A stretch of DNA of 34,237 nucleotides from Sandaracinaceae bacterium (GCA_025056955.1 JANWYL010000002.1:291-34527), one strand, 5' to 3'; shown: positions 1 through 8,242, counted from the stretch's first letter. The notes: generated by a model not told the origin, from the sequence alone. Program-made: numbers and translations.

Positions 1-464
1 TCAAGCCGAATCTGTCGGGCCAGGTGTTCAACAAGACCCTCCTCACGGCTCAAGGTGGCATCAAATGGGCGCTCTTCCTCGTCATCGCTCAGGCGGCCAG
101 CTGAGGGCAAAGGGCCTTCAAGGGAGCGGTTTTCGAGAAAACGCTCCCAATCGATTTCTCGGCGCTTGCGCTCTTCGCCAGCACTGCGCCTTTCGAGCTT
201 CTCCTGGTCCTCGCGAATGGCTTCTTCGATCGAAGGAAGCTTTTGATTCTCCTGCTCTTCAGACAGGCCGCGTCCATCACCGCTCGAAAGCCACTGCTCT
301 TCGTCTTCTTCCTCGCTAAGCACAGGATTTTCAATGAGCTCTTGTTGGAGGGCATCTGCCAGCTCCAAGCGGGACATTTGAAGCATTTTGATCGCCTGCT
401 GGAGCTGAGGCGTCATGATGAGTTGTTGGGTTTGCTTGAGCTGTTGCTTGAGTTCGAGCGCCAT
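1..464 (-). CDS. rpoN: RNA polymerase sigma-54 factor, N-terminal part (partial, continues beyond left edge)
   Basis: Absent from the ORF track because it has no stop in the window. Minus-strand reading from the ATG at 464 gives MALELKQQLKQTQQLIMTPQLQQAIKMLQMSRLELADALQQELIENPVLSEEEDEE... This is the Gln/Leu-rich region I of sigma-54 followed by an acidic region II. The frame stays open to position 1. Confidence 0.85.
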   Translation of the reverse strand, partial: MALELKQQLKQTQQLIMTPQLQQAIKMLQMSRLELADALQQELIENPVLSEEEDEEQWLSSGDGRGLSEEQENQKLPSIEEAIREDQEKLERRSAGEERKRREIDWERFLENRSLEGPLPSAGRLSDDEEERPFDATLSREEGLVEHLARQIRL

Positions 465-520
465 GGATGAACCCGCTACCCATTAGTGCAACCAGGCAAG
501 ACTCCCATGGAAGCCAATGG

Positions 521-554
521 GTCAGTGTCAGGTCAGTTCGTCAATAGAGTGTCA
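521..554. repeat. Cluster of GTCA/GTCAG short repeats in the gap upstream of rpoN
   Basis: The sequence is GTCAGTGTCAGGTCAGTTCGTCAATAGAGTGTCA. GTCAG occurs at 521, 527 and 532, and AGTGTCA at 524-530 and 548-554. The cluster lies between the stop of the upstream gene (586) and the rpoN ATG (464). Confidence 0.6.
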
Positions 555-585
555 CTTCAGCGAAAGAATGCCAATAGCCCAAACC

Positions 586-3500
586 TCAGGGAAGCCCTCC
601 CCTAAGAGGCCCAGAAGAAAAGCCCTCAGCCGGCTCGTAACCTTCACTCCCAAGAACCCAAAATGCGATGCTTTTTTGAGAAGACCCAGGCACCAAAAGC
701 TTGCGAAGGGCTCGAAAATCAGGACGAAAGCCAAGGTTCATGGGAATTTTGGGAACCCAGCCGATGCGAGGAGGCAAAAAGCGGCGCTCGAGCACTGCTT
801 TGAGTTCGCTCCAAAAAAAAGATGGTGTTGGCCTTTCCCCTTTGGCTTCAATCAGGGCAATCCATTCCCCAGCGCCCATGGCCAACACAGCAACCATTCG
901 CACAAAAGGAAGGCGCAAAAGGGCATCTTCGATCGCCCGAGGAATCACCAAACCTGAAGGCGTAAAAATCAAGCGCTCTAGGCGATCGACAAACCAGAAA
1001 TCACCCTCCTCATCTTGTCGCACCATGTCCCCAACCACAAACCAAGATGTGCCCTCGCCTTCAACAACAAAATGGGAACGCCAAGGAGGCACCCCACGCT
1101 GGAAGCTTTCGCCAAAACCCTCAAAGCTTTTGTCCATCCGAGCAAGCAAAGCCCCATTCTCATGAGGCCCTGCCCAATCGAGGCTCCCATTTTCGCCCCT
1201 CTGAGGAGCCCTCGCCAGCACATCCCAGCGCACAACCCTCACCTCAGCGCTTCCCGGAAGGGGTTTACCGATTGCAGCCGCTTTGCGGCCCCGTGTGTTG
1301 GCCAGGACCACCGGCGCTTCGGTCGAGGCATAAAACTCCACAATTCGCGCCTTTGGATAACGGTCACGGAGTTTGTTCCATAAATCAACACGCATGCCAG
1401 AGCCTGCAAAAAGGCGAACGGGCAAACCTTCATCAAGGGGGTTGCGTTTGAGCTCAACCAACAATCGCAACATTTCCCCAACATAAAAGACCACTGTCAC
1501 CCCGTAGCGGTGGGCCTCCTCGGAGAAACGCTCGGCATTAAAACCATCCACGAGAACCAATCGGGCTCCTCCAGCCAAAGCACTCCCACAAGCCACAAGA
1601 ATGCCAGATGGGTGGTGCAGGGGGAGGCAGCAGTACACGGTGTCGTGGGTGGTAAGGGCACAAGCCGCAGCTGCACCAAATGCTGAAAAAGCCCATCGCC
1701 CATTTGTGATTTGGGCAAGGCCAAAACCCTCGCCTTCTCCCCTTTTCTCCTTGAGGATGAGAAAAGCAAGCTCACTGCTCCGCGCTCGATTTTTTTCAAG
1801 CCCCCTTGGCCACTCAATCAATGATGGATCGATCGCTTCGAGATCGACCATCCCCTTCGGCAAAGGAAGACGCGCAGGGGACTGAGGTGAGCCCCCTCCA
1901 AGAACCAGGACCGGAATTTCAATCCGATCACAAATCAGTTGTGCCCTCTCTGGATCGACAATCAGCGCGTCGAGCTTGACAAGGCGGCTTGTTTCTTCAA
2001 GGCGCTCAAGATCCGTGCCCAGAAGCACTGCCATCGCCCCAATTCGATTTAAGGCAGTGATGGCCGAAAGCTGGCTTGGCCTCACCCCCATGAAGATTCC
2101 AACCCGCTGACCTCGTCGGACGCCCACGTGGGCAAGGCCTTTGGCAAGCGCTTCGACGCGCCTTTCGGCATCCTTGAAGCGAAAGGCCCTTTCCTTCCAC
2201 AAGAAAAACACCCCTTCAGGATGGGCATTCGCCTGATGGGCCAAAACCCAAGAAGGCCCAATTGGCGTGTCCGGGCGAAGGGTGCGCAAAAGCTCAATTC
2301 TTGGCAGCTGCCAACGCAGGTGATCAACTGTTCTGGCCACCCTTTGGCCAAGTGCCCTGAGTTGGGCCCTTCCGGCACGGAAGGCGTTCCCAAATATGTC
2401 GAAAAGCAAATCGAAGTCGATTTCACCTTCGTCAAATTCACCTTCGTCGATCTCCGTGACGCCCTTGGGTTGAAGCCTCTTTGCAAAAGTGCTTGGAGGC
2501 GCTTTGACGATTCCATCCCTCCAAAGCACCCACTCAACCACAGTTGGCCAACAAAAGCGCATGGCGCGAGAACCCACAACCAAACCAAAATGCCCCGCTG
2601 GCACCTTCACTTCCACGATTTCGGCTTGCGGAGCAGCCTCCCGAATGGCCCGGACTGCAGCTGGCCTTGCGATCTCGTCCCTGATCCCAACAAAGCAGAG
2701 AATGGGACCACGGATGTCAACCAGGGAGAGGGGCCGCCCTTCGATGACAAAGCCCCCTGAAGCCATGCGATTGCCAACCACAAATTCGTCCACAAATTGC
2801 CTAAACGCGGGCCCTGGCCATGCCACAAAACCCTCCCCCGCCAAAAAGCGTCTCCTGCTTTCCCTTTGCTCCAAGCGTTCCCGATCGTGAAGGCTTGCGA
2901 AAAACTCAGCGATCTGGCGCACCTCTTTGTGGATGGAAAGCACCTTGAAGGCCGTAGCAGTCAAAAGCCCTGGCAAGGCTCGAAGGGCCTCCCAGAAAGG
3001 ATCCACAAGCCATCGGACAATGTCCAAAAGCTGTTCCGTTGCTCGCTCGCTCAAAAGAGGCAAGTTGCGCCAAATGTCAACGGGACTTCCAAAAGTCACA
3101 AGCGTCGCAATCCCGTGAGAACGGCGAAATGCGGCAGCCTGATAGCAAAACATCCCCCCCTGCGAATAGCCGATGAGGTGTGCGTCTTTTTGGGTGTGTC
3201 CACGAACCTTGTCAAGGGCCCGCGATACCGCAAGCACATGATCGTCAAGGGTTCGATTCAAGCCCCCCGCTTCGCGTTCGGGTGCTCCAAAATCAACCAG
3301 CCACACGTCAAGCCCTGCCTCAAGCAAAAACCGAACAGCAGACAAATCCGGGCTAATGTCATAGATTTCCGAAGTCACCATGAGCGGAGGCACAAGCAAA
3401 AGAGGCCGCGCATCCTTGAGAGAAGGATGCTCCTGACGGATGGCCAAGGTGTAATGCCTGAGCCGATGGGTGCGGTCTTCTTCAACCACTTCAAAAGGCG

Positions 3501-3609
3501 TGCGATAGGGCTCGCTCAATTGCCCAAGCCTCAAGATATCGATCAAATTCCGCAGGCTCGCGTGCAAGCGCTGCACGAGCTCTCGGCGTTTTTCAACGTT
3601 CACTTTCAC
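586..3609 (-). CDS. Fusion protein: N-terminal PhaC-like alpha/beta hydrolase (Ser nucleophile) plus C-terminal FATP-like acyl-CoA synthetase module
   Basis: 1007-aa ORF. The N-terminal part (PLLLVPPLMVTSEIYDISPDLSAVRFLLEAGLDVWLVDFGAP, nucleophile elbow GYSQGG) resembles a PHA-synthase-type fold with Ser in place of Cys. The C-terminal part is colinear with FATP/VLACS enzymes (CLPLHHPSG, VRLFAGSGMR, VEFYASTEAP, VGDMVRQDEEGDFWFVDR). The annotated start is GTG at 3609. A second GTG at 3603 sits 6 nt after GGAGGAGG and may be the true start. Confidence 0.8.
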   Translation of the reverse strand: MKVNVEKRRELVQRLHASLRNLIDILRLGQLSEPYRTPFEVVEEDRTHRLRHYTLAIRQEHPSLKDARPLLLVPPLMVTSEIYDISPDLSAVRFLLEAGLDVWLVDFGAPEREAGGLNRTLDDHVLAVSRALDKVRGHTQKDAHLIGYSQGGMFCYQAAAFRRSHGIATLVTFGSPVDIWRNLPLLSERATEQLLDIVRWLVDPFWEALRALPGLLTATAFKVLSIHKEVRQIAEFFASLHDRERLEQRESRRRFLAGEGFVAWPGPAFRQFVDEFVVGNRMASGGFVIEGRPLSLVDIRGPILCFVGIRDEIARPAAVRAIREAAPQAEIVEVKVPAGHFGLVVGSRAMRFCWPTVVEWVLWRDGIVKAPPSTFAKRLQPKGVTEIDEGEFDEGEIDFDLLFDIFGNAFRAGRAQLRALGQRVARTVDHLRWQLPRIELLRTLRPDTPIGPSWVLAHQANAHPEGVFFLWKERAFRFKDAERRVEALAKGLAHVGVRRGQRVGIFMGVRPSQLSAITALNRIGAMAVLLGTDLERLEETSRLVKLDALIVDPERAQLICDRIEIPVLVLGGGSPQSPARLPLPKGMVDLEAIDPSLIEWPRGLEKNRARSSELAFLILKEKRGEGEGFGLAQITNGRWAFSAFGAAAACALTTHDTVYCCLPLHHPSGILVACGSALAGGARLVLVDGFNAERFSEEAHRYGVTVVFYVGEMLRLLVELKRNPLDEGLPVRLFAGSGMRVDLWNKLRDRYPKARIVEFYASTEAPVVLANTRGRKAAAIGKPLPGSAEVRVVRWDVLARAPQRGENGSLDWAGPHENGALLARMDKSFEGFGESFQRGVPPWRSHFVVEGEGTSWFVVGDMVRQDEEGDFWFVDRLERLIFTPSGLVIPRAIEDALLRLPFVRMVAVLAMGAGEWIALIEAKGERPTPSFFWSELKAVLERRFLPPRIGWVPKIPMNLGFRPDFRALRKLLVPGSSQKSIAFWVLGSEGYEPAEGFSSGPLRGGLP

Positions 3610-3636
3610 CCTCCTCCAATCTTATAAGGAATGGAA

Positions 3637-5184
3637 CTACAAGCTCGTTTTGATCGGTAGCTTTGCGGCCCGCTTTTCATCTTCCCGCTTGGGTCGAAGC
3701 CGTGCGAGCACCCTCACCCCTTCTGCTGCCTCAACCTCTTCAGTTGCATCAAAATGCCCTTCTTTTCGAAAGGTGAGGCTCAGGCGCACCTTTGGAGGAA
3801 AACCGATATCGCAAGGTGTTGTGCACAGAAGCTTGCCAGCTGAAGAGTACACCCGAGCCCCCATGGGTTGAGACTCGAGATGAACGAGCACTTCTGGTGG
3901 AGCCAAAGACCCACTGCCCTCCTCATGGTTTTTGGGAAGCTGATTTTCTTGAGAACCTTGAGAACTTGTGGTAGGAGGCTCCAGAGAACTTTGGGAAGCC
4001 GCTGTGGCTGACTCTTGCTTCAACACCTCGCCGCCGCTTAAGCCTCCGTGATCCCTGCGTCCAAAAACCAATAGCAGGCCCACGATTAACAGCAAAGCCA
4101 CCCCAAGCCCTGTCACTGCGACCCCCATCCCTTTGCCTGCCCTTTGTTTTCTGTTCTCTGAAAAAGAGGCTTTCCCCTCATTCGGGAAGGCCACTGCTTC
4201 TCGAATCGCTTGGGCCATTTCCCTCATCGAACCAAAGCGCTCCTCTTTTCGCTTGGCGAGCGCTTTTCTCACCACCGCTTCCAAAGCATCTGGGATCTCA
4301 AGATCCGGGCGGCATTCTCTCATGGATGGAGGCGCTTCGTTACCGTGTTTCCACAGGAGCTCAAAGTAGTTCCGTCCTTTAAAGGGGGGGCTTCCTGTCA
4401 ACATTTCAAACAGGATCACCCCCATCGCGTAAATATCAACACGGTGATCGAAATCAGTCTCCCCCCGCGCTTGCTCCGGTGACATGTAAAGCGGCGTCCC
4501 AATCAGTTGACCCGTGCGGGTCATTCGCAATTCTTCTGCGCTTTTTCCTTTGATCTTGGAAATCCCGAAATCGAGTATCTTGACGCGTTCTTGCTCGCCT
4601 TTTTGGGCAAGAAAGATGTTCTCTGGCTTGAGATCCCGATGCACAATTCCCCTCTCGTGGGCTGACCCGAGGGCATCGCAAATCTCAAGGGCAATCTTGA
4701 CCGCTTCCTGAATTCCCAGCCCTTTTCCTTCTTTTTTTTCCAGCCGAGATGCAAGGCTCTCCCCTCGCAAAAGCTCCATCACAATGAAGACCGAGCCATC
4801 TTCAGCCCAGTCGAAACCAAAGACATTCACGATGTTGTCGTGTTCAATGGCACTCGCAGCAACTGCTTCTTGCCTGAGCCGTTCAACCGCTTCTCTGTTC
4901 GAAGCGATCTCTTTGTTGAGCACTTTGATGGCCACGGCCTTGTCGATATGGACATGCGTGGCCCGGTACACTGCCCCCATCCCACCTTCCCCAATTTTCT
5001 CCTCGATGCGATAGACACCAGCAAGAATCCGCCCGATCCAAGGATCTCGCGCAGCCTCACCCGCCTGAGAAGCCAGTGGAGCACTCCCAGAAAGGGTTGG
5101 AGCAAGGGCCAGCGGCATGCTTTCCGTATTCATGGTGCGGCCACTTGGCTCCTTTTTGTCTTCTTCAGGCGCTTTGAACGACAT
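3637..5184 (-). CDS. Hanks-type Ser/Thr protein kinase with one TM segment and a C-terminal PEGA domain
   Basis: Kinase motifs are present: GEGGMGAVYRA, VAIKVL, HRDLKPENIF, DFG and YMSPEQ. A hydrophobic segment (GVAVTGLGVALLLIVGLLLVFG) follows. The C-terminal stretch LVHLESQPMGARVYSSAGKLLCTTPC is PEGA-like. The gene lies 27 nt upstream of the next gene on the same strand. Confidence 0.9.
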   Translation of the reverse strand: MSFKAPEEDKKEPSGRTMNTESMPLALAPTLSGSAPLASQAGEAARDPWIGRILAGVYRIEEKIGEGGMGAVYRATHVHIDKAVAIKVLNKEIASNREAVERLRQEAVAASAIEHDNIVNVFGFDWAEDGSVFIVMELLRGESLASRLEKKEGKGLGIQEAVKIALEICDALGSAHERGIVHRDLKPENIFLAQKGEQERVKILDFGISKIKGKSAEELRMTRTGQLIGTPLYMSPEQARGETDFDHRVDIYAMGVILFEMLTGSPPFKGRNYFELLWKHGNEAPPSMRECRPDLEIPDALEAVVRKALAKRKEERFGSMREMAQAIREAVAFPNEGKASFSENRKQRAGKGMGVAVTGLGVALLLIVGLLLVFGRRDHGGLSGGEVLKQESATAASQSSLEPPTTSSQGSQENQLPKNHEEGSGSLAPPEVLVHLESQPMGARVYSSAGKLLCTTPCDIGFPPKVRLSLTFRKEGHFDATEEVEAAEGVRVLARLRPKREDEKRAAKLPIKTSL

Positions 5185-5200
5185 AGGTGGCCATCTTACG

Positions 5201-5222
5201 TTTTTTAGCGTCCTCTAAAAAA
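5201..5222. repeat. AT-rich inverted repeat TTTTTTAG-cgtcct-CTAAAAAA between marR and the kinase gene
   Basis: Perfect 8-bp arms (5201-5208 and 5215-5222) flank a 6-nt loop. The repeat sits in the 50-bp gap between the marR stop and the kinase start. Seven of the eight arm pairs are A-T, so it is a weak hairpin. Confidence 0.6.
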
Positions 5223-5234
5223 GCCTTCAACCGA

Positions 5235-5720
5235 TCATTTACTTTTTTGGATGGTTTGAATCATCCCTTGAAGGGCCTTGTCAAGAATACGAAGCAGTTC
5301 CCTCTCTTCACCCTCATCGAGCCCTCCAACCAGCCTCCGCATGGCCGCATCAACCACAGGCTCAAGCGTGCGCGCGAAAGATTCACCCTCTGAAGTAAGC
5401 GCAATGACCTTTTTCCTGCGGTCACTGGCATCGACGCGAACACTGACAAGTTTTCTTTCAGCCAAGCGAGTGATCAACCGGCTCACACCTGCCGCATCGA
5501 GTCCGGCATCAAATACCAGATCCTGCTGCGCCACCTCCCGCTCCATGCTCAACCGCAAAAGAATGTTGTACATGGCTGCCGATGCCCCAAGCGGTGCAAG
5601 CGCACGGTTGAGCTCGATCGTCGCAAGCCGCCGAAGTGCTGCAAAGCGCTTGGCCACCTCGGTTGCAATTTGCGATCGCGGAATGGCTTTGGGGTCGATC
5701 GGCGGAACCTTGAGCATCAT
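5235..5720 (-). CDS. MarR-family transcriptional regulator
   Basis: About 160 aa with a wHTH-like core (LSMEREVAQQDLVFDAGLDAAGVSRLITRLAERKLVSVRVDASDRRKKVIALTSEGE), typical of MarR. The track start at 5723 is TTG; the adjacent ATG at 5720 is preferred. Confidence 0.85.
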   Translation of the reverse strand: MMLKVPPIDPKAIPRSQIATEVAKRFAALRRLATIELNRALAPLGASAAMYNILLRLSMEREVAQQDLVFDAGLDAAGVSRLITRLAERKLVSVRVDASDRRKKVIALTSEGESFARTLEPVVDAAMRRLVGGLDEGEERELLRILDKALQGMIQTIQKSK

Positions 5721-5759
5721 CAATCCCGCAAGCTGAGTAGCTCAATCCTAGGGGATTGA
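5720..5759. promoter_or_regulatory. Candidate MarR operator: three copies of TCAATCC, two forming an inverted repeat
   Basis: TCAATCC occurs at 5720-5726 (overlapping the marR start) and at 5742-5748. Its reverse complement GGATTGA is at 5753-5759, with a 4-nt spacer. The copies lie in the divergent marR/hydrolase intergenic region. Confidence 0.4.
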
Positions 5760-5802
5760 ATGAACAGAAGCCACTCCTTTGCAAAGTGCGTTAGGCTCAG
5801 GC

Positions 5803-6723
5803 ATGGCTGAAGCATTCGTGCTCCAAGGCAGTGATGGAAACCCGATCCATACCTATCGATGGGTGCCTCCAAGTCCGCTTCGAGGCATCGTGCAAATCGC
5901 CCATGGGATGGCAGAGCACGCCGGGCGCTACGCTCCCTTTGCCAAATGCCTAAACCAATCGGGGTACGGTGCCTATGCAAACGATCACAGGGGGCACGGG
6001 AAAATTGCAAAAAGCACAGAAGAACTTGGCCACTTTGCCGATAAAGACGGCTGGGAGCTCGTTCAAGGCGATGCACTCGCCTTAAGCAATCGGATTCGAA
6101 GCGAACATCCAGAGCTCCCTCTCATCCTTTTTGGTCACTCGATGGGCTCTTTTGTGGCCCTCTCCCTGCTTCAGCGCTTTCCTGAGCGATATTCCGGCAT
6201 GATTCTTTCTGGGTCGACCTTGCCAGGGGGCTGGCTCGAGCGCCTCGGGCTTCAGATTGCCCGCTTCGAAGGCTTGCGTCTCGGGAAACGAGGGCGAAGC
6301 CCATTGATTTCCTTCCTTTCTTTTGGCCTCTTCAATCTCGAATTTGCTCCCGCCCGCACACCTTTTGATTGGCTTTCAAGTGATCCCCAAGCTGTCGACG
6401 CCTATGTCGCCGACCCCCTGTGCGGCTTTCGGTGCACAAACCAGCTGTGGATTGATCTCCTTGAAGGGCTTCGCTCGATCGTTCAAAGAGGCTTCGCCAA
6501 GGTCCCCAAAAACTTTCCCATTCACCTCATCGCTGGGGAGCGCGACCCTGTTTCCAAAGGCGGGCGTGGCGTGCGAGCACTTGCAGATTGGCTCAAGGCC
6601 TCAGGGCTTGAGCGCGTGACCCTCAAGATCTACCCAGGTCGGCACGAACTCCTTCATGAACGAAACCGAGAGGAAGTGATGAGGGAAATCGTCCAAGTGC
6701 TTGACACGTTCATCGCTTCCTAG
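5803..6723 (+). CDS. Alpha/beta hydrolase, lysophospholipase/monoacylglycerol-lipase-like
   Basis: Shows a HGMAEHAGRY oxyanion-region motif, the nucleophile elbow GHSMGS, a late GERDPV block and a HELLHE His region. The track start at 5779 is TTG; the ATG at 5803 (MAEAFVLQG) is preferred. The gene is divergent from marR. Confidence 0.8.
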   Translation: MAEAFVLQGSDGNPIHTYRWVPPSPLRGIVQIAHGMAEHAGRYAPFAKCLNQSGYGAYANDHRGHGKIAKSTEELGHFADKDGWELVQGDALALSNRIRSEHPELPLILFGHSMGSFVALSLLQRFPERYSGMILSGSTLPGGWLERLGLQIARFEGLRLGKRGRSPLISFLSFGLFNLEFAPARTPFDWLSSDPQAVDAYVADPLCGFRCTNQLWIDLLEGLRSIVQRGFAKVPKNFPIHLIAGERDPVSKGGRGVRALADWLKASGLERVTLKIYPGRHELLHERNREEVMREIVQVLDTFIAS

Positions 6724-6774
6724 GAAATCGCCAGTATCCTCGGCTCATCCCATTCCAAGCAAAAGAGGACAACC

Positions 6775-7791
6775 ATGAACACCCAGGATGAACTCGGCTG
6801 GACCATCGATCGCTTCATCCTTGAGCGACAGAAGCGTTTTCCTGAAGCAAGCGGCGAGTTTACGACCATCCTTCAAGCGATTGCCCTTGCTGGGCGGGTC
6901 ATTGCAAGCAAGGTCCAAAAGGCTGGCCTTGCCGATGTGCTTGGGGCCACTGGCGCAATCAATGTGCAGGGCGAATCTGTTCAAAAGCTCGACGTCCTTG
7001 CCAACCGCATCCTCATCCGCTGCCTTGAAACAACAGGTCACGTCTGCGCGATGGCCAGTGAAGAGAGCGAATCGGTCATTCCGATTGCCTCCTCCCGCGG
7101 AAAGTATGTTGTCCTCTTTGATCCCCTCGACGGAAGCTCAAACATCGATGTCAACATCTCAATTGGCACGATCTTTTCGATTTACCGCCGAAAGAGCGAA
7201 TCTGGGCCAGGCACGGAAGTCGACTGCCTCCGGCGCGGAACAGAGCAGCTGGCGGCGGGCTATATCATTTACGGTTCAAGCACGATGCTCGTCTACACAA
7301 CAGGCGAGGGTGTGCACGGCTTCACCCTTGACCCCATGGTGGGTGAATTTTTCCTCTCTCATGAAAACATCCGCATCCCGCCCCACGCCCCAACCTATTC
7401 GGTCAACGAAGCCAATGCCCCAAAGTGGAGCTCAAACCTCCGCCGATGGGTCGAAGCACTCAAAAGCAAGGAAACGCCAGCTTCAAAGCCCTACTCTTTG
7501 CGCTACGTTGGAACCCTCGTCGCTGACTTTCACCGCACCCTCCTCCGAGGCGGCATTTTCGCATACCCTGGAGACCAATCTGCACCCAAGGGCAAGCTGC
7601 GCCTCCTCTACGAGGCGGCTCCTTTGGCTTTTGTCGCAGAAGCAGCAGGGGGCGCAGCTTCAGATGGAATGCAGCGCATCCTGGATATCGAAGCCAGTAA
7701 CCTCCACGAACGCACCCCGCTTTTTATTGGTTCAAAAGAAGACGTGGCTTTCGCAGAGCGTTTCTTGAGGCAAGGTGAGGCGCATTCATGA
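6775..7791 (+). CDS. fbp: Fructose-1,6-bisphosphatase class I
   Basis: Colinear with E. coli Fbp, for example GEFTTILQAIALAGRVIASKVQKAGLADVLGATGAINVQGE, DPLDGSSNIDVNISIGTIFSIYRR and LRYVGTLVADFHRTLLRGGIF. The RBS AAGAGGA lies upstream of the ATG. Confidence 0.95.
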   Translation: MNTQDELGWTIDRFILERQKRFPEASGEFTTILQAIALAGRVIASKVQKAGLADVLGATGAINVQGESVQKLDVLANRILIRCLETTGHVCAMASEESESVIPIASSRGKYVVLFDPLDGSSNIDVNISIGTIFSIYRRKSESGPGTEVDCLRRGTEQLAAGYIIYGSSTMLVYTTGEGVHGFTLDPMVGEFFLSHENIRIPPHAPTYSVNEANAPKWSSNLRRWVEALKSKETPASKPYSLRYVGTLVADFHRTLLRGGIFAYPGDQSAPKGKLRLLYEAAPLAFVAEAAGGAASDGMQRILDIEASNLHERTPLFIGSKEDVAFAERFLRQGEAHS

Positions 7792-8207
7792 ACCCCGACC
7801 GCCCCTCTAAGCGCCCAAAGAATACCCCTTCCAAAACCAGCTGGCTTGCTTTTGAAGTTGAACTCCCCTCTCACCTCCATCTTCCTCTCCCTGCGCTTTT
7901 GTTTTTGTGGGCCAAAGAGGAGCCCCGTGAAGGGCTCTCCTTGCACCTTCACCCTTTTGACCTTTGCCTGAGCGCGATCTACCCGCCAGATCGTGCGATT
8001 TTCACCCTTTCTGAGCCCACCCCTTCTTGGATAGACCTCTCAATTGAGTCCACTGCCATCGGAAAGGCGCATGATGAATGGATTTATGGCCCTCGCCTCT
8101 GGATCCTCCACACGGCTTTTGATTCGAGTCAGGAAACGACCTATCTATCGCTCTGGGAAAGGGCCATCGCAGGGCTTCTGTGCCTTAAACCTTCCGATGC
8201 CTCTTGA
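7788..8207 (+). CDS. Hypothetical protein, translationally coupled to fbp
   Basis: Its ATG overlaps the fbp TGA (ATGA at 7788-7791), and GGTGAGG lies about 9 nt upstream. The 139-aa product has no motif I recognise. It fills the gap before the tRNA cluster. Confidence 0.45.
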   Translation: MNPDRPSKRPKNTPSKTSWLAFEVELPSHLHLPLPALLFLWAKEEPREGLSLHLHPFDLCLSAIYPPDRAIFTLSEPTPSWIDLSIESTAIGKAHDEWIYGPRLWILHTAFDSSQETTYLSLWERAIAGLLCLKPSDAS

Positions 8208-8242
8208 TCCATTACAAGTTTGTGATACATATGGCTTTTGTC

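Noticed and set aside
55-470. Several 60-90-aa ORFs on both strands at the left edge (55-246, 65-319, 89-355, 243-470).
   Set aside because: All overlap the unmistakable sigma-54 region I/II reading frame on the minus strand.
6788-7768. 326-aa plus-strand ORF overlapping fbp in another frame.
   Set aside because: The fbp frame is colinear with E. coli Fbp throughout. The alternative frame is Ser/Ala-rich filler.
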